Positions 63,416-64,000 of a stretch of 64,000 nt of DNA are shown piece after piece. The position numbers were made by a program, and so were the translations under genes. Each line of letters opens with the position of its first letter. The first letter of the stretch is position 1. Source of the DNA: Eledone cirrhosa (Eukaryota). The notes under the pieces were generated by a model. The model saw only the letters and a list, made by a program, of their open reading frames with translations. It was not told where the DNA came from and did not search any database. The stretch spans positions 219,108,001 through 219,172,000 of the forward strand of contig OZ024740.1 in NCBI GenBank assembly GCA_964016885.1. Direction: 5' to 3'.

Positions 63416-63591
63416 TCTATTGTGAAAATTTTAGTAAGTTAATTTTTTATTTTTAAAATTTTCTTATTTTACGTCTTTCATATAATTGTTCTGCATCCCC
63501 CTGCATAGAACCACAAAGGTACTAAGACATAACATATATATTGGCTAGCATGGCTATACATCTGTATACATATGTTGGTAGATATACTAAT

Positions 63592-63623
<32 letters not shown>

Positions 63624-63829
63624 AAACATGAGAAGAAAGAAGAATACTGCGTGGTTGCACATGGGTTACATATGATAAAATTAGTCCTTCGTCAGTGATT
63701 TGCCAACCATCATTGATATTTCATCGCATTAAAAATCATATACCTCAGGTTGGTCCGAGCAATAACTAAAAAAAGTTATTGGGACCAGTAAATCACGTAA
63801 AGCGAGGGGGACAAGTAAACAACATAGAA

Positions 63830-63865
<36 letters not shown>

Positions 63866-64000
63866 ATAATAATAAATTTGAAAACTAAAATCCAAAGAGG
63901 GCTCGATAAGGATAAATATATATCAAATATATAAGAACCGTAGAGCAAATATTTATTAAAATAACAGATTAAAGTTTAAGCAAAGAATCGCTGCTTTCAC

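Overview
AT-rich, microsatellite-dense animal DNA. The SINE and RTE repertoire suggests an octopod cephalopod (inference). No host protein-coding gene can be called with confidence; the window is intronic or intergenic and built from nested mobile elements. The main parts are: (1) a complete but decayed CsRn1-type Ty3/Gypsy LTR element (46066-51049, minus) with 201-bp LTRs, an AGTA TSD, a tRNA-Trp-like PBS and a GGGAAAC gag-pol frameshift signal, nested inside an older hAT-like element; (2) a full-length Tx1-like LINE (53150-58869, minus) with a 10-bp TSD and an (ATCT)n tail, inserted in a (GATA)n tract; (3) a 9.1-kb GGT-based minisatellite (39-bp unit, 2076-bp higher-order duplication); (4) many RTE-clade LINE fragments, two SINE families, piggyBac-like and hAT-like MITEs and a mariner fragment. 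The most striking unannotated signal is about a dozen minimal type I hammerhead ribozyme (HHR) motifs from several sequence families. They lie in Penelope-like remnants and short fold-back cassettes, nearly all embedded in (TA)n tracts, and include a 537-nt tandem HHR-to-HHR unit resembling a retrozyme. All alignments were done by eye; boundaries of degraded elements are approximate.
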